Notes: generated by a model from the letters alone, not told the origin. A stretch of DNA of 64,000 bases from Candidatus Eiseniibacteriota bacterium (GCA_041946735.1 JBHGAY010000002.1:128001-192000), one strand, 5' to 3'; positions 19,774 to 32,016 are shown, counted from the stretch's first letter. A program made the numbers and translations.

Positions 19774-20507
19774 GCCTCCGCCCTGGCTCCGAGCTTGCGC
19801 TCCGCGATGAGCCGGTTCGCGCGGTAGAGGCTCTCGAACGTCCCGGCGTCGGTCCAGAAGCCGCGCAGGAAGTCGAACGACATCATCCCGCGCTCGATGT
19901 AGGCGTTGTTGACGTCGGTGATTTCCAGCTCGCCGCGGGCGGACGGCTCCAGCGTCCCGATGATCTCCCAGACCCAGTCGTCGTAGAAGTAGACGCCGGT
20001 GACCGCATAGCTCGAGCGCGGGCTCGCCGGCTTCTCGACGATCCGCACGACACGGTCTCCCTCCAACTCGGCGACGCCGAACCGCTCGGGGTCGGGAACT
20101 TCCTTGAGAAGAATCTTCGCGCCGGCCTTCTGCTTGCGGAACGATTCGACGTGCGGGGCGATGTCGTCCTCGAGGATGTTGTCGCCGAGGATGACGACGA
20201 TCCGGTCCCCGCGACCGTAGTAGCGGGCGAGACCGAGCGCGTCGGCGATGCCGCCGTTGCCTTCCTGGTAGACGTAGTCGATGTGGGTCAGGCCGAGGTG
20301 CTTGCCGTTGCCGAGGAGGCGGACGAAGTCGCCCGCGTTGTTGTCGCCGGTGACGAGGATCAGGTCCTTCACGCCCGCCCGGACCAGAGTCTCGATCGGG
20401 TAGTAGATCATCGGCTTGTCGTAGATCGGCAGCAGATGCTTGTTCGTCACCTTGGTGAGCGGCGCGAGCCTGGTGCCCAGTCCCCCAGCCAGAACGACCC
20501 CTCGCAT
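19770..20507 (-). CDS. Sugar-phosphate nucleotidyltransferase (glucose-1-phosphate thymidylyltransferase RmlA/SpsI-like)
   Basis: GVVLAGGLGTRLAPLT, NKHLLPIYDKPMIYYP, LGDN, EKP, SARGELEITD, WTDAGT; GGAGGAG RBS. Confidence 0.92.
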   Translation of the reverse strand: MRGVVLAGGLGTRLAPLTKVTNKHLLPIYDKPMIYYPIETLVRAGVKDLILVTGDNNAGDFVRLLGNGKHLGLTHIDYVYQEGNGGIADALGLARYYGRGDRIVVILGDNILEDDIAPHVESFRKQKAGAKILLKEVPDPERFGVAELEGDRVVRIVEKPASPRSSYAVTGVYFYDDWVWEIIGTLEPSARGELEITDVNNAYIERGMMSFDFLRGFWTDAGTFESLYRANRLIAERKLGARAEA

Positions 20508-20823
20508 CGGTTCTCCTCCTCGCGCGCGAACGCTTGGCGCCGGTACCCCCACGGCCGATCACGGATTCCCACGGCCGGTCACAGATTCCGGGGGACATTA
20601 CCACCGCCGGGGCGGAGGAAGCAGCACCGCGCAGCGGAAAGCGGCACGGGGCAGCGGAGATCGGGGGGCGGACGCCTTCGGGGTCGAGAGTCGGGTCGCC
20701 GGAGACGGGCTTGCGAGGCGCGGATGCCCCGGCGCGCGCGTGAGGCCGGATCGTCCACGCGACGCCCGGGAGCGGATCGAGCGGGATGCTATGGTAGCGG
20801 AAACGGAAGGAAGGGGGTCCCGG

Positions 20824-23325
<2,502 letters not shown>

Positions 23326-23355
23326 CCCGTCCGGCGGCGATCCGCCGATTGCCGG

Positions 23356-24369
23356 TCAGCGAAGCGACGGCCCGGCGGCGCTCGCCAGGGCGCGGGCGAG
23401 CGCGGCGAAGGCCGCGAGATCGAGCGTCTCGGCCCGCCGCGTCGGATCGATCCCCGCCTCGGAGAGCACGCGCGCCGCGAGCGCCCCGTCGCCCAGAGCC
23501 GACCGGAGGGCCGCGCGCAGCATCTTGCGCCGCTGCCCGAACGCGGCCGCCAGCGCCTTCTCCAGATCGCGCGGATCGCCGGCATCGACCGGCGGCTGCG
23601 GATGGAACCGCAACCCGATCAGCGTGGAGTCGACTTCGGGGACCGGCCAGAACGAGCTGGGGCCGACGCTGGCGAGCTTCTCCACCGCGGCATGATAGGA
23701 GACCCACACGGTGAGGCTGCCGTAGGTGCGCCCCCCGGGCGAAGCGAGCAGCCGGGCGGCCACTTCCCGCTGCACCAGGAACGCGGCGCGCGAGAACGAG
23801 GCGCGGTGCTCCAAGGTCCAGAGGAGGATCGGCGTCGTGATCGCGTACGGGAGATTCCCCGCGAGGAAGAGCGGCGAGGATCGAGGCGTCCAGCCGCTGG
23901 CGCCGGCGCCGTCGCCGTCGCTGGCTTCGCCGTCGTGGCCGTCGCTGGCGGCCGCGCGGCCAGGAAGAGCGCACGGATCGAGATCGAGGATGCTCCCCTC
24001 GAGGAGGTGAAGCCGGCCCGCCGTGATCTCCGGCGCGAACCTCTCGCGCAGGAGCGCGGCCAGACGCGCGTCGACCTCGACCGACCAGACGCGCGCAGGG
24101 CGTCCGGACCCGGTCGCTGGCGGATCGAGAAGCGCTCGGGTCAACGATCCCGCGCCCGCCCCGATCTCGAGGACGTCGCTGCCCTCCGCGATCTTCATCG
24201 CGCGCACGAGGCGGCCGGCCGCGGCCGGATGCACGAGGAAGTTCTGGCCGAGCCGTTTGCGCGGCGTCACGCCATGGGCGCGCAGCCAGGCCCGCTCCGA
24301 CGCCGAGCCCTCGCCGCCGCGGCCGCCTTCGATGCCGGCGTCGTCGCCGCCGGCGCCGCCCGGGCTCAT
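23356..24369 (-). CDS. rsmA: 16S rRNA adenine dimethyltransferase RsmA/KsgA
   Basis: KRLGQNFL, VLEIGAGAG, GNLPYAITTP, QREVA, FWPVPEVDS, FGQRRK, RAETL. Confidence 0.95.
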   Translation of the reverse strand: MSPGGAGGDDAGIEGGRGGEGSASERAWLRAHGVTPRKRLGQNFLVHPAAAGRLVRAMKIAEGSDVLEIGAGAGSLTRALLDPPATGSGRPARVWSVEVDARLAALLRERFAPEITAGRLHLLEGSILDLDPCALPGRAAASDGHDGEASDGDGAGASGWTPRSSPLFLAGNLPYAITTPILLWTLEHRASFSRAAFLVQREVAARLLASPGGRTYGSLTVWVSYHAAVEKLASVGPSSFWPVPEVDSTLIGLRFHPQPPVDAGDPRDLEKALAAAFGQRRKMLRAALRSALGDGALAARVLSEAGIDPTRRAETLDLAAFAALARALASAAGPSLR

Positions 24370-25148
24370 GCGCGATCGGCGGGGTCGGCGGGGAGGTGGA
24401 AGAGGCGGATCGCGTTGGAGTCGGTCACGCGCTCGACCTCCTCGATCCCGACCTGGAGGGAATCGGCGATGGCGGCGGCGATCTTCGGAATGTTCGCCGG
24501 CTCGTTGCGATCGTTGCGTCTCGGATGGGGCGTGAGGTAGGGGCAGTCGGTCTCGAGCACCATCCTCTCGAGGCCGACGGCGCGCAGCAGCGGTCCGCTC
24601 TTCTTGGGGCTGTAGGTGACGGAGCCGCCGAAGCCCAGGAGAAATCCGAGATCGCCGGCCCTCTTCGCGATCGCCTCGTCCCCGGAGAAGCAGTGCAGCA
24701 CGCCGCGAACCGCTCCGCGCCCCTCCTCCTCGAGGATGCGCAGGACGTCCTCATGGGAAGCGCGGGCATGGACGACGAGCGGCAGCCCCGACTCGCGCGC
24801 GAACTCCACGTGCCGGCGGAAGAACGCCTGCTGCACGTCGTGCGGCGCGTAGTTGCGGTAGTAGTCGAGCCCGGTCTCGCCGATCGCCACGATCTTCGGG
24901 TCGGGGAGCGCGGCGAAGAGGCGTTCGAGATCCGCGAGCGAGGCGGCGCCGCTGTCGTGCGGATGGATTCCGGCCGAGAGGACGATCCGCGGATCGGCGG
25001 CGGCCAGCTCCCTCGCCTTCGGCCAGTCCGCCGCGCTGATGTTCACCTCCAGGAGCGCGCGGCCTCCCGCCTCCCAGTAGCGCCGGAGCACGGCGTCGCG
25101 GTCCTTGTCGAAGGCGGACGCGTGGACGTGCGCGTGCGTGTCGATCAT
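24366..25148 (-). CDS. tatD: TatD-family hydrolase
   Basis: IDTHAH, GIHPH, AIGETGLDYY, GVLHCFSG, LETDCPYLTP, RNEP. Confidence 0.95.
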   Translation of the reverse strand: MIDTHAHVHASAFDKDRDAVLRRYWEAGGRALLEVNISAADWPKARELAAADPRIVLSAGIHPHDSGAASLADLERLFAALPDPKIVAIGETGLDYYRNYAPHDVQQAFFRRHVEFARESGLPLVVHARASHEDVLRILEEEGRGAVRGVLHCFSGDEAIAKRAGDLGFLLGFGGSVTYSPKKSGPLLRAVGLERMVLETDCPYLTPHPRRNDRNEPANIPKIAAAIADSLQVGIEEVERVTDSNAIRLFHLPADPADRA

Positions 25149-26119
25149 GCCTCGAATCCTTCGGAGCGCGAGGCCGCGCGCTCGCCCGGCGCGCGAGCCG
25201 CTCTACCGGCGGAGCGGCAGCATCCGCCCGCGCCGCAGCCGCCGCGTTCCGGCGTAGGGCCGTCCCGCTCCGGCGTATGGGCACCCCGCGCGACGCCGAC
25301 GCTTGCGTTCCCGCCCTCTTCGCTCTCGCCCTCGCCCTCCCCCTCGCCGTCGTCCTTGAACGCGAGGCAACAGAGAAGGCGCCCACACATCCCGGAGATC
25401 CGCGCGGGGGCGAGCGCGAGGTTCTGGCGCTTCGCCATCTTCAGCGTCACGGGCTCGAAGGCGCCGCTCAGGCGGGTGCAGCAAAGCGGACGGCCGCATG
25501 GTCCGAGACCTCCGAGCCGGCGCGCCGCCTCGCGTTGCGGGATCTGCCGCAGCTCGATCCGGGTGCGGAAGATCTTGGCGAGGTCCCGCACGAGCGCGCG
25601 GAAGTCGATCCGTCCCTCCGCGGTGAAGTAGAAGGTGACGCGGTTGCCGTCGAATTGGTACTCCGCGTCGAGGAAACGCATCGGCAGGTCCAGCGCCTGC
25701 GCCCGCTCCCTGCAGATACGGAGCGCCTCCTCGTCCTCGCTGCGAATCGTCTCGAGATGGCGGATCTCCTCGGGCCCCGCCTCCCGCAGCACGCGCCGCG
25801 GTTCCCGCCGGTCCTCGCTGGCCGCCCCCTCGGCGACGGTGTGGCAGAGCAGGCCGATGTCGATACCGCGGTCGGCCTCGACGATCAGGTAGGCGCCGGG
25901 ATCCGGATCGAGCGAGTCGGGAAGCAGGCACCTCTCGTAGCGATGCCCTTTGAAGCGGACCTGCACGAGCCGGGGCGACGTGCCGCTGCCTGCGCCGCCG
26001 CTGGCGGCGGCGGGGCTGCCGGCGCCGCCGCTGCTGCTGGCGGGACTGTTGCCGGCGGCGGGGCCGTTGCCCGCGGCGCGGCTGCCGGTGCCGGCGGCCG
26101 CGCGATCCTCGGATCCCAT
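25145..26119 (-). CDS. ricT: PSP1-domain protein RicT/YaaT (Fe-S)
   Basis: EYQFDGNRVTFYFTAEGRIDFRALVRDLA...RIELRQI, GPCGRPLCC, KMAKRQNL, ISGMCGRLLCCL; GGAGG upstream of the start. Confidence 0.9.
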   Translation of the reverse strand: MGSEDRAAAGTGSRAAGNGPAAGNSPASSSGGAGSPAAASGGAGSGTSPRLVQVRFKGHRYERCLLPDSLDPDPGAYLIVEADRGIDIGLLCHTVAEGAASEDRREPRRVLREAGPEEIRHLETIRSEDEEALRICRERAQALDLPMRFLDAEYQFDGNRVTFYFTAEGRIDFRALVRDLAKIFRTRIELRQIPQREAARRLGGLGPCGRPLCCTRLSGAFEPVTLKMAKRQNLALAPARISGMCGRLLCCLAFKDDGEGEGEGESEEGGNASVGVARGAHTPERDGPTPERGGCGAGGCCRSAGRAARAPGERAASRSEGFEA

Positions 26120-27330
26120 CACCGGGACCTCCCCTGCGGCCCGGCCGTGGTGGAGCGCGTCGCCCCGGGAGCCTCTCCCGCGATCTGCGAAAGCGCCTCG
26201 AAGAGCGAGAGGGCGGGATTCACGTTCCGATCGATCGAGTCGACCATCTCCTCGAGCGCGTCGACCCAGGCGCGCAGCGTCGCGACCGGCATTCGCGCCG
26301 CCTCCTTCTCTAGAAGGTCGAGGCGGTCGGGATTCGCGAGCGAATCGGGCGACTGGCCGAACTTCACCGCGAGCAGGTCGCGGCACCAGAGGAGCAGCAG
26401 CTCGACCGTGCGCCGCGCCGCGTTCGGGTCGAGACTGCGCGACCATTCCCGCGTCTTCTCCTGCGCCCGCTCGGGATCGACGTGCAGGAGGCTGAGCGCG
26501 CGGTCGCGCGTCTCGGGGATCGAGTCTTCGAGGCGAAGCTGGAGCGCGCGGCCGAGGCTCCCTTGCGCGAGAGCGGCGATCAGGCGGGAGGTCTTCGGCG
26601 CGACGCCGAAGCGGGCAGCGAGGATCTCCTCGATCGTCTCGCGGCGGAGCGGGCGGAACCGCACCTGCTGGCAGCGGGACACGATCGTCGGCAGCAGCAT
26701 CGACGGCTCCTCGGCGATCAGGATGAGGTGCGTCCCCGGGGGAGGCTCCTCGATCAGCTTCAGGGCGGATTGCGCGGCGTCCTCGGTCATCCTCGGCGCG
26801 TCGGCCAGGATGTAGACCCGCCGCGGGCCCTCGACGAGCGCCATCCCCGCTTCCGCCTTCAGCTCGCGGACGCGCTCGATCCCGATCGTCGCATTGCGCG
26901 CGAACTCGAGCAGGTGGAACGGCCCGGCGGCGTACTCGTGCAGGCGCCGGGCGATGTCCTCCGGACTCGACTCCTCGTCTCGCGTCGCCGGAAAGAGCAG
27001 CCGCAGGTCGGGATGGATCAGCGCGGCGACCTTGCGGCAGCCGAGGCAGGCGCCGCACGGTCGCCGGTCCGCTTCCGCCCCGCATTCCAGCGCCTGCGCG
27101 AGCCCGAGCGCGGTGCGCGTCTTGCCGACCCCGCGCGGCCCATGGAACAGGTAGGAGTGCGGGACGCGATCCTCGCGCGCCGCGCGCCGGAGTCGCTCGA
27201 CCGCGTCGTCCTGATCGCGAATACCGGAAAGAATCGGCGGAGCCGCCGGCGCGGCGCCTCCGGAGACACCGGCCGCCTCGGGCTCCTCCTCCCTCGCCCG
27301 CCGCCCTCCGCGGCCCCCGCGCGCGGTCAC
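26119..27330 (-). CDS. holB: DNA polymerase III subunit delta'
   Basis: HSYLFHGPRGVGK, C...PCGACLGC zinc motif, HPD, ALKLIEEPP, LLPTIVSRC; GTG at 27330 overlaps the envC stop. Confidence 0.9.
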   Translation of the reverse strand: MTARGGRGGRRAREEEPEAAGVSGGAAPAAPPILSGIRDQDDAVERLRRAAREDRVPHSYLFHGPRGVGKTRTALGLAQALECGAEADRRPCGACLGCRKVAALIHPDLRLLFPATRDEESSPEDIARRLHEYAAGPFHLLEFARNATIGIERVRELKAEAGMALVEGPRRVYILADAPRMTEDAAQSALKLIEEPPPGTHLILIAEEPSMLLPTIVSRCQQVRFRPLRRETIEEILAARFGVAPKTSRLIAALAQGSLGRALQLRLEDSIPETRDRALSLLHVDPERAQEKTREWSRSLDPNAARRTVELLLLWCRDLLAVKFGQSPDSLANPDRLDLLEKEAARMPVATLRAWVDALEEMVDSIDRNVNPALSLFEALSQIAGEAPGATRSTTAGPQGRSR

Positions 27331-28565
27331 CGCAGCCACTCCTGCGGATCCATCGCCTCCTCGCCCCGCCGGATCTCGAAGTGCAGGCAGGTCCCCTTGA
27401 TCGAGTCGGTGTCGCCGACCTCGGCGATCGTCTCCCCCTCGGCGACCTTCGCCCCCTTGCCGACCAGCACGCGCGAGCAATGGGCGTAGAGGGTGTAGAA
27501 GCCGCCGCCGTGATCGAGGATCACGCAACGCCCGTAGCCGGAGAGCCAGTCGACGAACTCCACCCGTCCCGCGGCGACCGCCGCGACCGGGGTCCCGGCC
27601 GGAGCCGCGATGTCGATGCCGTTGCTCGGCACCTCGGTGCCGAATCGTGGGTTGCGCTCCAGACCGAAACGGCCGACGAGCTTTCCTTCGACAGGCCAGC
27701 GCAGCCCATGGCGCTTGCCGCCCAGGCCCGGGCCGGCCTGCGAGGGAGTCCCCCTCTTCTTCGCTTCCGCCCGCTCCTTCTCCAGCCGCGCGATCAGGCC
27801 TTTGATCTGCGCCTCGCTCTTGGCCAGCTCCTTCTGCCGCTCCTCGAACTTGCCCCGCTCCTTGCGCACGCCGACCATTTCGCGCTGCGCCGCCGCCGCC
27901 TTCTTGTCCAGCCGCTGCTTCTCGCGAAGCTTCTCCTCCTGGAGCTGGTCGAGCCCGCGCTGGCGCGAAAGAAGGAGCGAAGTGGCGAGCGCCAGCTCGT
28001 CCTTCTGCTGCGCCAGCCAGATCAGGTCGGCGCGATCCTTCTGGATCGCCTGCGAGAGGAGCGTCGCCCGCGAGAACAGGTCGGCGAACCCCTTGGAAGA
28101 GAGGAGCAGCTCCGGCGTTCCCGGCTGGCGGTGCCGCTGGAAGGCGCGCAGGCGCCGGCGCAGCGAGGAGCCGACCTCCTCCTGCCGCGCAACCTTCTCG
28201 TCCAGCTCCCCCTGCCGCTGCTCGAGGTCGCCGAGCAGCGCCCGCTCCTGCGCTTCGAGCTGGGCAAGATAGCTCTCGGTCAGCTCGCGGTCGCGCCGGA
28301 TCCGCTCGTCGACCGCCCCGAGGTTCTTCTCCTTGCGCCGCAGCTCCTCGATCTTCTTGCGGTTCTCCTCCATCTGCCGCTTGAGCGTCTGGAGCTGCCG
28401 CTGCCCCTCGATCAGCGGGTCCTCGCTCTTCTGGGACAGGACGGGAAACGCCACGGCGAGCAGCAGCGCGAGAAGCGCGCCACCGGCGATCGCCGCCGTC
28501 CGGCGCGACGGCGAGAGGAGGGCGGAGCGCCGCCCCTTCCCATCAAGAGCTGGTGAGCGCCTCAC
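27327..28565 (-). CDS. envC: Murein hydrolase activator EnvC (coiled coil plus degenerate M23 domain)
   Basis: Signal peptide, long coiled coil, WPVEG, SNGIDI (first Zn-binding His absent), YTLYAH, LHFEIR; follows ftsEX. Start uncertain (GTG 28565). Confidence 0.88.
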   Translation of the reverse strand: MRRSPALDGKGRRSALLSPSRRTAAIAGGALLALLLAVAFPVLSQKSEDPLIEGQRQLQTLKRQMEENRKKIEELRRKEKNLGAVDERIRRDRELTESYLAQLEAQERALLGDLEQRQGELDEKVARQEEVGSSLRRRLRAFQRHRQPGTPELLLSSKGFADLFSRATLLSQAIQKDRADLIWLAQQKDELALATSLLLSRQRGLDQLQEEKLREKQRLDKKAAAAQREMVGVRKERGKFEERQKELAKSEAQIKGLIARLEKERAEAKKRGTPSQAGPGLGGKRHGLRWPVEGKLVGRFGLERNPRFGTEVPSNGIDIAAPAGTPVAAVAAGRVEFVDWLSGYGRCVILDHGGGFYTLYAHCSRVLVGKGAKVAEGETIAEVGDTDSIKGTCLHFEIRRGEEAMDPQEWLR

Positions 28566-29439
28566 TCCGCCGCTCCAGGTGCCGCAGCGCCGGTCCGACC
28601 GACGCGATCGAGCTTCCCATCCCCAGCAGAATCGACCCACCCAGGAACAGCAGAATCCAGAGGGGCGGGAAGAAGAGCATCCCCGGCATCGTTTGCGAGA
28701 TCGCGAACCGCAGCAGCGCGGCGAGGCCGAGCGCCGCCGCCGAAGCGAACGCCGCGTGCAGCGAGCCGAGGAGGACGTACGGGAAGCGGATGAAGGCGGA
28801 GGTCGCCCCGACGATCTTCAGGATCCGGATCGTCTCGTGGCGGCCGAGGAAGGCGAGCTTGATCGTGTTCCAGAGGACGATCAGGACGGCGAGGCCGGCG
28901 AGAAGCGCGGCGCCCGCCGTCGCGAAGTAGACGTTGCGCAGTCCCCGCTCGAGCGACTGCACGAACCCGGCGCCGTAGACCACTTCGTCCACGCCTTCGT
29001 AGCTGCCGATCTCGCCCGCCAGCTCCTCGAGGACGCCGGGCCGCCGCGCCGCCTGGGGCGTCAAGCGGATCCGGAAGGCGTGCGAGAGCGGATTCTCGCC
29101 GAGCGCGCCGATGACGTCGACGCCGCCCAGATCCTTCTCGACCTCGGCCAGCGCAACGTCGCGCGAGACGAACGTCACCTCCGACACCTCGCCGAAGCCG
29201 CGGAACGTCTGCCCCAGCTCCTCGATCCGCTCCGGTCCGATCCGGTCGGAGAGGAACACCTCGATCCCCTTGCGCGCCTCGAGGGCGTGGGCGAGCGTGC
29301 GGATGTTGTGTCCGGCCAGCAGGACGACGGCGAGCAGGAAGAGGACGGCGACCAGGGCGGTCAGGCTGGCGAGCGCGCCCGCCCGGTCGCGCGAGGCGAT
29401 CTCCCAGGCCTCCGAGAAGAAGAAGCGGAGCCGGCTCAC
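28543..29439 (-). CDS. ftsX: Cell division permease FtsX
   Basis: Four TM helices; ENPL, NTIKL, ILKIVGATSAFIRFPY; directly after ftsE. Confidence 0.92.
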   Translation of the reverse strand: MSRLRFFFSEAWEIASRDRAGALASLTALVAVLFLLAVVLLAGHNIRTLAHALEARKGIEVFLSDRIGPERIEELGQTFRGFGEVSEVTFVSRDVALAEVEKDLGGVDVIGALGENPLSHAFRIRLTPQAARRPGVLEELAGEIGSYEGVDEVVYGAGFVQSLERGLRNVYFATAGAALLAGLAVLIVLWNTIKLAFLGRHETIRILKIVGATSAFIRFPYVLLGSLHAAFASAAALGLAALLRFAISQTMPGMLFFPPLWILLFLGGSILLGMGSSIASVGPALRHLERRSEALTSS

Positions 29440-30128
29440 AGCGCCCTCACCCGCCCGCCCGGGACGTCCCGCACGAGCCTGCCATCCTCCAACGTCACGG
29501 TGCGGCTGGCGAACCGGGTCGCCATCGTCTCGTCGTGCGTCGCGACCAGAACGGTTGCGCCGGAACGGTGCACGCGCCGGAAGAGGTCGAGGATCTCGGC
29601 GGCGGAGGAAGCGTCCAGATTCCCTGTCGGCTCATCGGCCAGGAGGATCCGCGGCTCGTGCACGAGCGCCCGGGCGATCGCCGCCCTCTGCTGCTCGCCG
29701 CCGCTCAGCTGATCGGGGAAGGAGTTCCTCTTGTGGTAGAGGCTGACCTGCGTCAGCAGCCGGAGCACGATCCGCTGCAAGGTCGGCGTATCGAGCACCC
29801 CGGTCATCCGAAGGACGTAGGCGATGTTGTCGAAGACGGTCTTGTCGCGGATCAAGCGGAAGTCCTGGTAGACGACGCCGAGCCTGCGGCGGAGGCGCGG
29901 CAAGTCGCGGTCGCGGATCCGGGCGGAGTCGAACTCGAGGACGCGCACGCGCCCTCGGACCGGCAGTTCCTCCATGGTCACAAGCTTCAACAGGCTCGAC
30001 TTCCCCGCTCCGCTCGGGCCGAGGAGGAAGAGCATTTCGCCCGGTTCGATGGAGATCTGGATGTCCTGGAGGGCGTATTCCTGATGCCCGCCCGGATAGC
30101 GAAGCCAGACGTGCTCGAAGCTGATCAT
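29436..30128 (-). CDS. ftsE: Cell division ATP-binding protein FtsE
   Basis: GPSGAGKS, GVVYQDFRL, LSGGEQQR, ADEPTGNLD, ATHD. Confidence 0.95.
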   Translation of the reverse strand: MISFEHVWLRYPGGHQEYALQDIQISIEPGEMLFLLGPSGAGKSSLLKLVTMEELPVRGRVRVLEFDSARIRDRDLPRLRRRLGVVYQDFRLIRDKTVFDNIAYVLRMTGVLDTPTLQRIVLRLLTQVSLYHKRNSFPDQLSGGEQQRAAIARALVHEPRILLADEPTGNLDASSAAEILDLFRRVHRSGATVLVATHDETMATRFASRTVTLEDGRLVRDVPGGRVRAL

Positions 30129-30308
30129 CGGCGCGCTCGGCGGCGGGCTCGCCTGTCGATTGGTCGGCTCTGCGGTGGTCGGATCATCGGTCGCTCCCCC
30201 GTCCCGTCGTACTTCCTGAGGCCCGGCCTCCGCAAGCCCCGATCGCGCGGCGCGGGATTTTTCGACTCGCGCGCAGCCGATCGGCCGCGCCGTGCCTCGG
30301 CTCCGCGA

Positions 30309-30587
30309 TCAGATCCAGGGGTCGTCGAGGGCGCGCCGCCCGATCTCGCGGACCATCTCGCGCGCCTGCACGCGCGAGACCTGTCCGGAGGGCACCTCGA
30401 GGATCTCCACCTCCTGCTCGTAGCGACCCAGCGGATCGCGCCATCGTATCCGATCCCCGGCCCGGATCGTACGAGAGGGACGGGCGACCGAGTCGTTGAC
30501 CCAGACCCGTCCCTCGGTGCAGGCCTTCGTGGCCTGGCTGCGCGTCTTGAAGAGGCAGAGGGCGTGAAGCAGGAGATCGAGTCTCAA
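30309..30587 (-). CDS. S4-domain RNA-binding protein, Hsp15/RqcP-like (~92 aa)
   Basis: (M)RLDLLL...FKTRSQATKACTEGRVWVN...RPSRTIRAGD; TTG start after a G-rich RBS. Confidence 0.85.
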   Translation of the reverse strand: MRLDLLLHALCLFKTRSQATKACTEGRVWVNDSVARPSRTIRAGDRIRWRDPLGRYEQEVEILEVPSGQVSRVQAREMVREIGRRALDDPWI

Positions 30588-30612
30588 CCCACCCCCGGGG
30601 ACGCGCGCCGGA

Positions 30613-32016
30613 TCACGGGTTCCGGCGCACCTCCACGAACGTCTTGTTGCGAAGCTCGGCGATGTACGCCTCGAGCTTCTTCTGTCTCTCGTCGCGCTCC
30701 ACCATCGCCCGAAGCTGGTCGCGGACCTCGTCGAACGTATAGTCGGTCTCCGCCTGCTCCCCGAGGAGCTTGAAGAGGTGGAATCCTCCCTCGACCTTGG
30801 CCGGGCGACTGATCTGGCCGACCCGCAGCGAATCGACCGCCCCCTGCGTGTCGCCGAGGAAGTTGTCGATCGGCAACCAGCCGACATCGCCGCCGGTCTG
30901 GCGCGTCGCCGGGTCGTCGGAGTACTTCCGCACCGCTTCGGCGAAATCGATCGCCCCCGAGACGATCTCCTTGCGGATCTCGTCGACGCGAGCGCGCGTG
31001 CGCGACTCGTCGCTCCGGGTCGGCGTGATCTTCACGAGGATGTGCCGCACCTGCGCCCAGGCCCCCGAGCTGTCCCGGTCCATGACCTGGATCAGGTGGT
31101 AGCCGAGGTTCGTACGGATCGGACGGCTCACTTCGCCGATCGGGAGCGTGAAGGCGCGCGACTCGAAGTTGCGATCTCCGAGATCGCCGGGACCGAAGCG
31201 GCCGAGCAGGCCTCCCTGATCGCGGCTGTTCTCGTCGTCGGAGTAGCGGCGGGCGGCTTCGTCGAACGCGAGGCCCTTCTGGATCTCCTCGTAGATGTCC
31301 TGCGCCTTCTGGCGGTAGGTGCGCTCGATCGTGCTGTCCGGGCTGATCCGCACGAAGAGGTCGAGCACCCGAAGGGCGCGTGGCTTCTTGCCGATGTCCC
31401 CCTTGTGCTCCTCGAACTGCTTCTGCACGTCGGCGTCGCTGACGACGATCTTCGAGAAGATCTCGCGCTGGAGGAGCTGGCGGCGCAGGTAGTCCTTGCG
31501 GGCTTCGTCGGTGTAGCGCTTGCGGAGATCCGCCTCGGTGATCCCTTCCTTCTGGAGCTGCTTGGCGAAGCCGTCGGCGCCGAGCCGCTGGCGGTCCCCC
31601 TGGATCGCCTCGTCGACCGCGCGCTGGATCGCCGCTTCGTCGACCTTGATCCCCTTCGCCGCCGCCTCCTTGTCGAGGAGCAGCTCGCTGATCATGTTGT
31701 CGAGGATCTGGCGGCGCAGCTCGTTCGCCTGGGACGTGTCGTTCGGATCGACCTGGAACTGAGGGGCGAGCATGCCGAACTGCTCTTCCACCTCGGAGCG
31801 GAGGATCGGATGATCTCCCACGACCGCCGCCACACCGTCCGCCACCTTCGCGGGCGCCCCAGCCGTCCCGGCCACACCTGCAGCGCCGGCCGCCGGCGCG
31901 CTCTGGGGCTGATTCCCCGCCTGAGCCTCGCCGTCGGACGGCAGCGACAACAGGAAACCAGCCGCCGCCAGCAAGGCGATCCCGAGGAAACTCCGGGACC
32001 TGTTCGAAATCCGCAT
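30613..32016 (-). CDS. surA: SurA-like periplasmic chaperone with two parvulin domains
   Basis: Signal peptide; DGVAAVVGDHPILRSE; FDEAARRYSDD...GGLLG...GYHLI; FAEAVRKYSDD...GGDVGW...GFHLF. Confidence 0.9.
   Translation of the reverse strand: MRISNRSRSFLGIALLAAAGFLLSLPSDGEAQAGNQPQSAPAAGAAGVAGTAGAPAKVADGVAAVVGDHPILRSEVEEQFGMLAPQFQVDPNDTSQANELRRQILDNMISELLLDKEAAAKGIKVDEAAIQRAVDEAIQGDRQRLGADGFAKQLQKEGITEADLRKRYTDEARKDYLRRQLLQREIFSKIVVSDADVQKQFEEHKGDIGKKPRALRVLDLFVRISPDSTIERTYRQKAQDIYEEIQKGLAFDEAARRYSDDENSRDQGGLLGRFGPGDLGDRNFESRAFTLPIGEVSRPIRTNLGYHLIQVMDRDSSGAWAQVRHILVKITPTRSDESRTRARVDEIRKEIVSGAIDFAEAVRKYSDDPATRQTGGDVGWLPIDNFLGDTQGAVDSLRVGQISRPAKVEGGFHLFKLLGEQAETDYTFDEVRDQLRAMVERDERQKKLEAYIAELRNKTFVEVRRNP

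Noticed and set aside
20508..20823. CIRCE or CtsR heat-shock operator upstream of clpC
   Set aside because: No TTAGCACTC-N9-GAGTGCTAA or CtsR heptad repeat; only a possible TGCTATGGT extended -10.
28541..28565. Possible frameshift at the envC start (ATG at 28543 is out of frame)
   Set aside because: An in-frame GTG at 28565 with an upstream GGAG gives an intact signal peptide, so no frameshift is needed.
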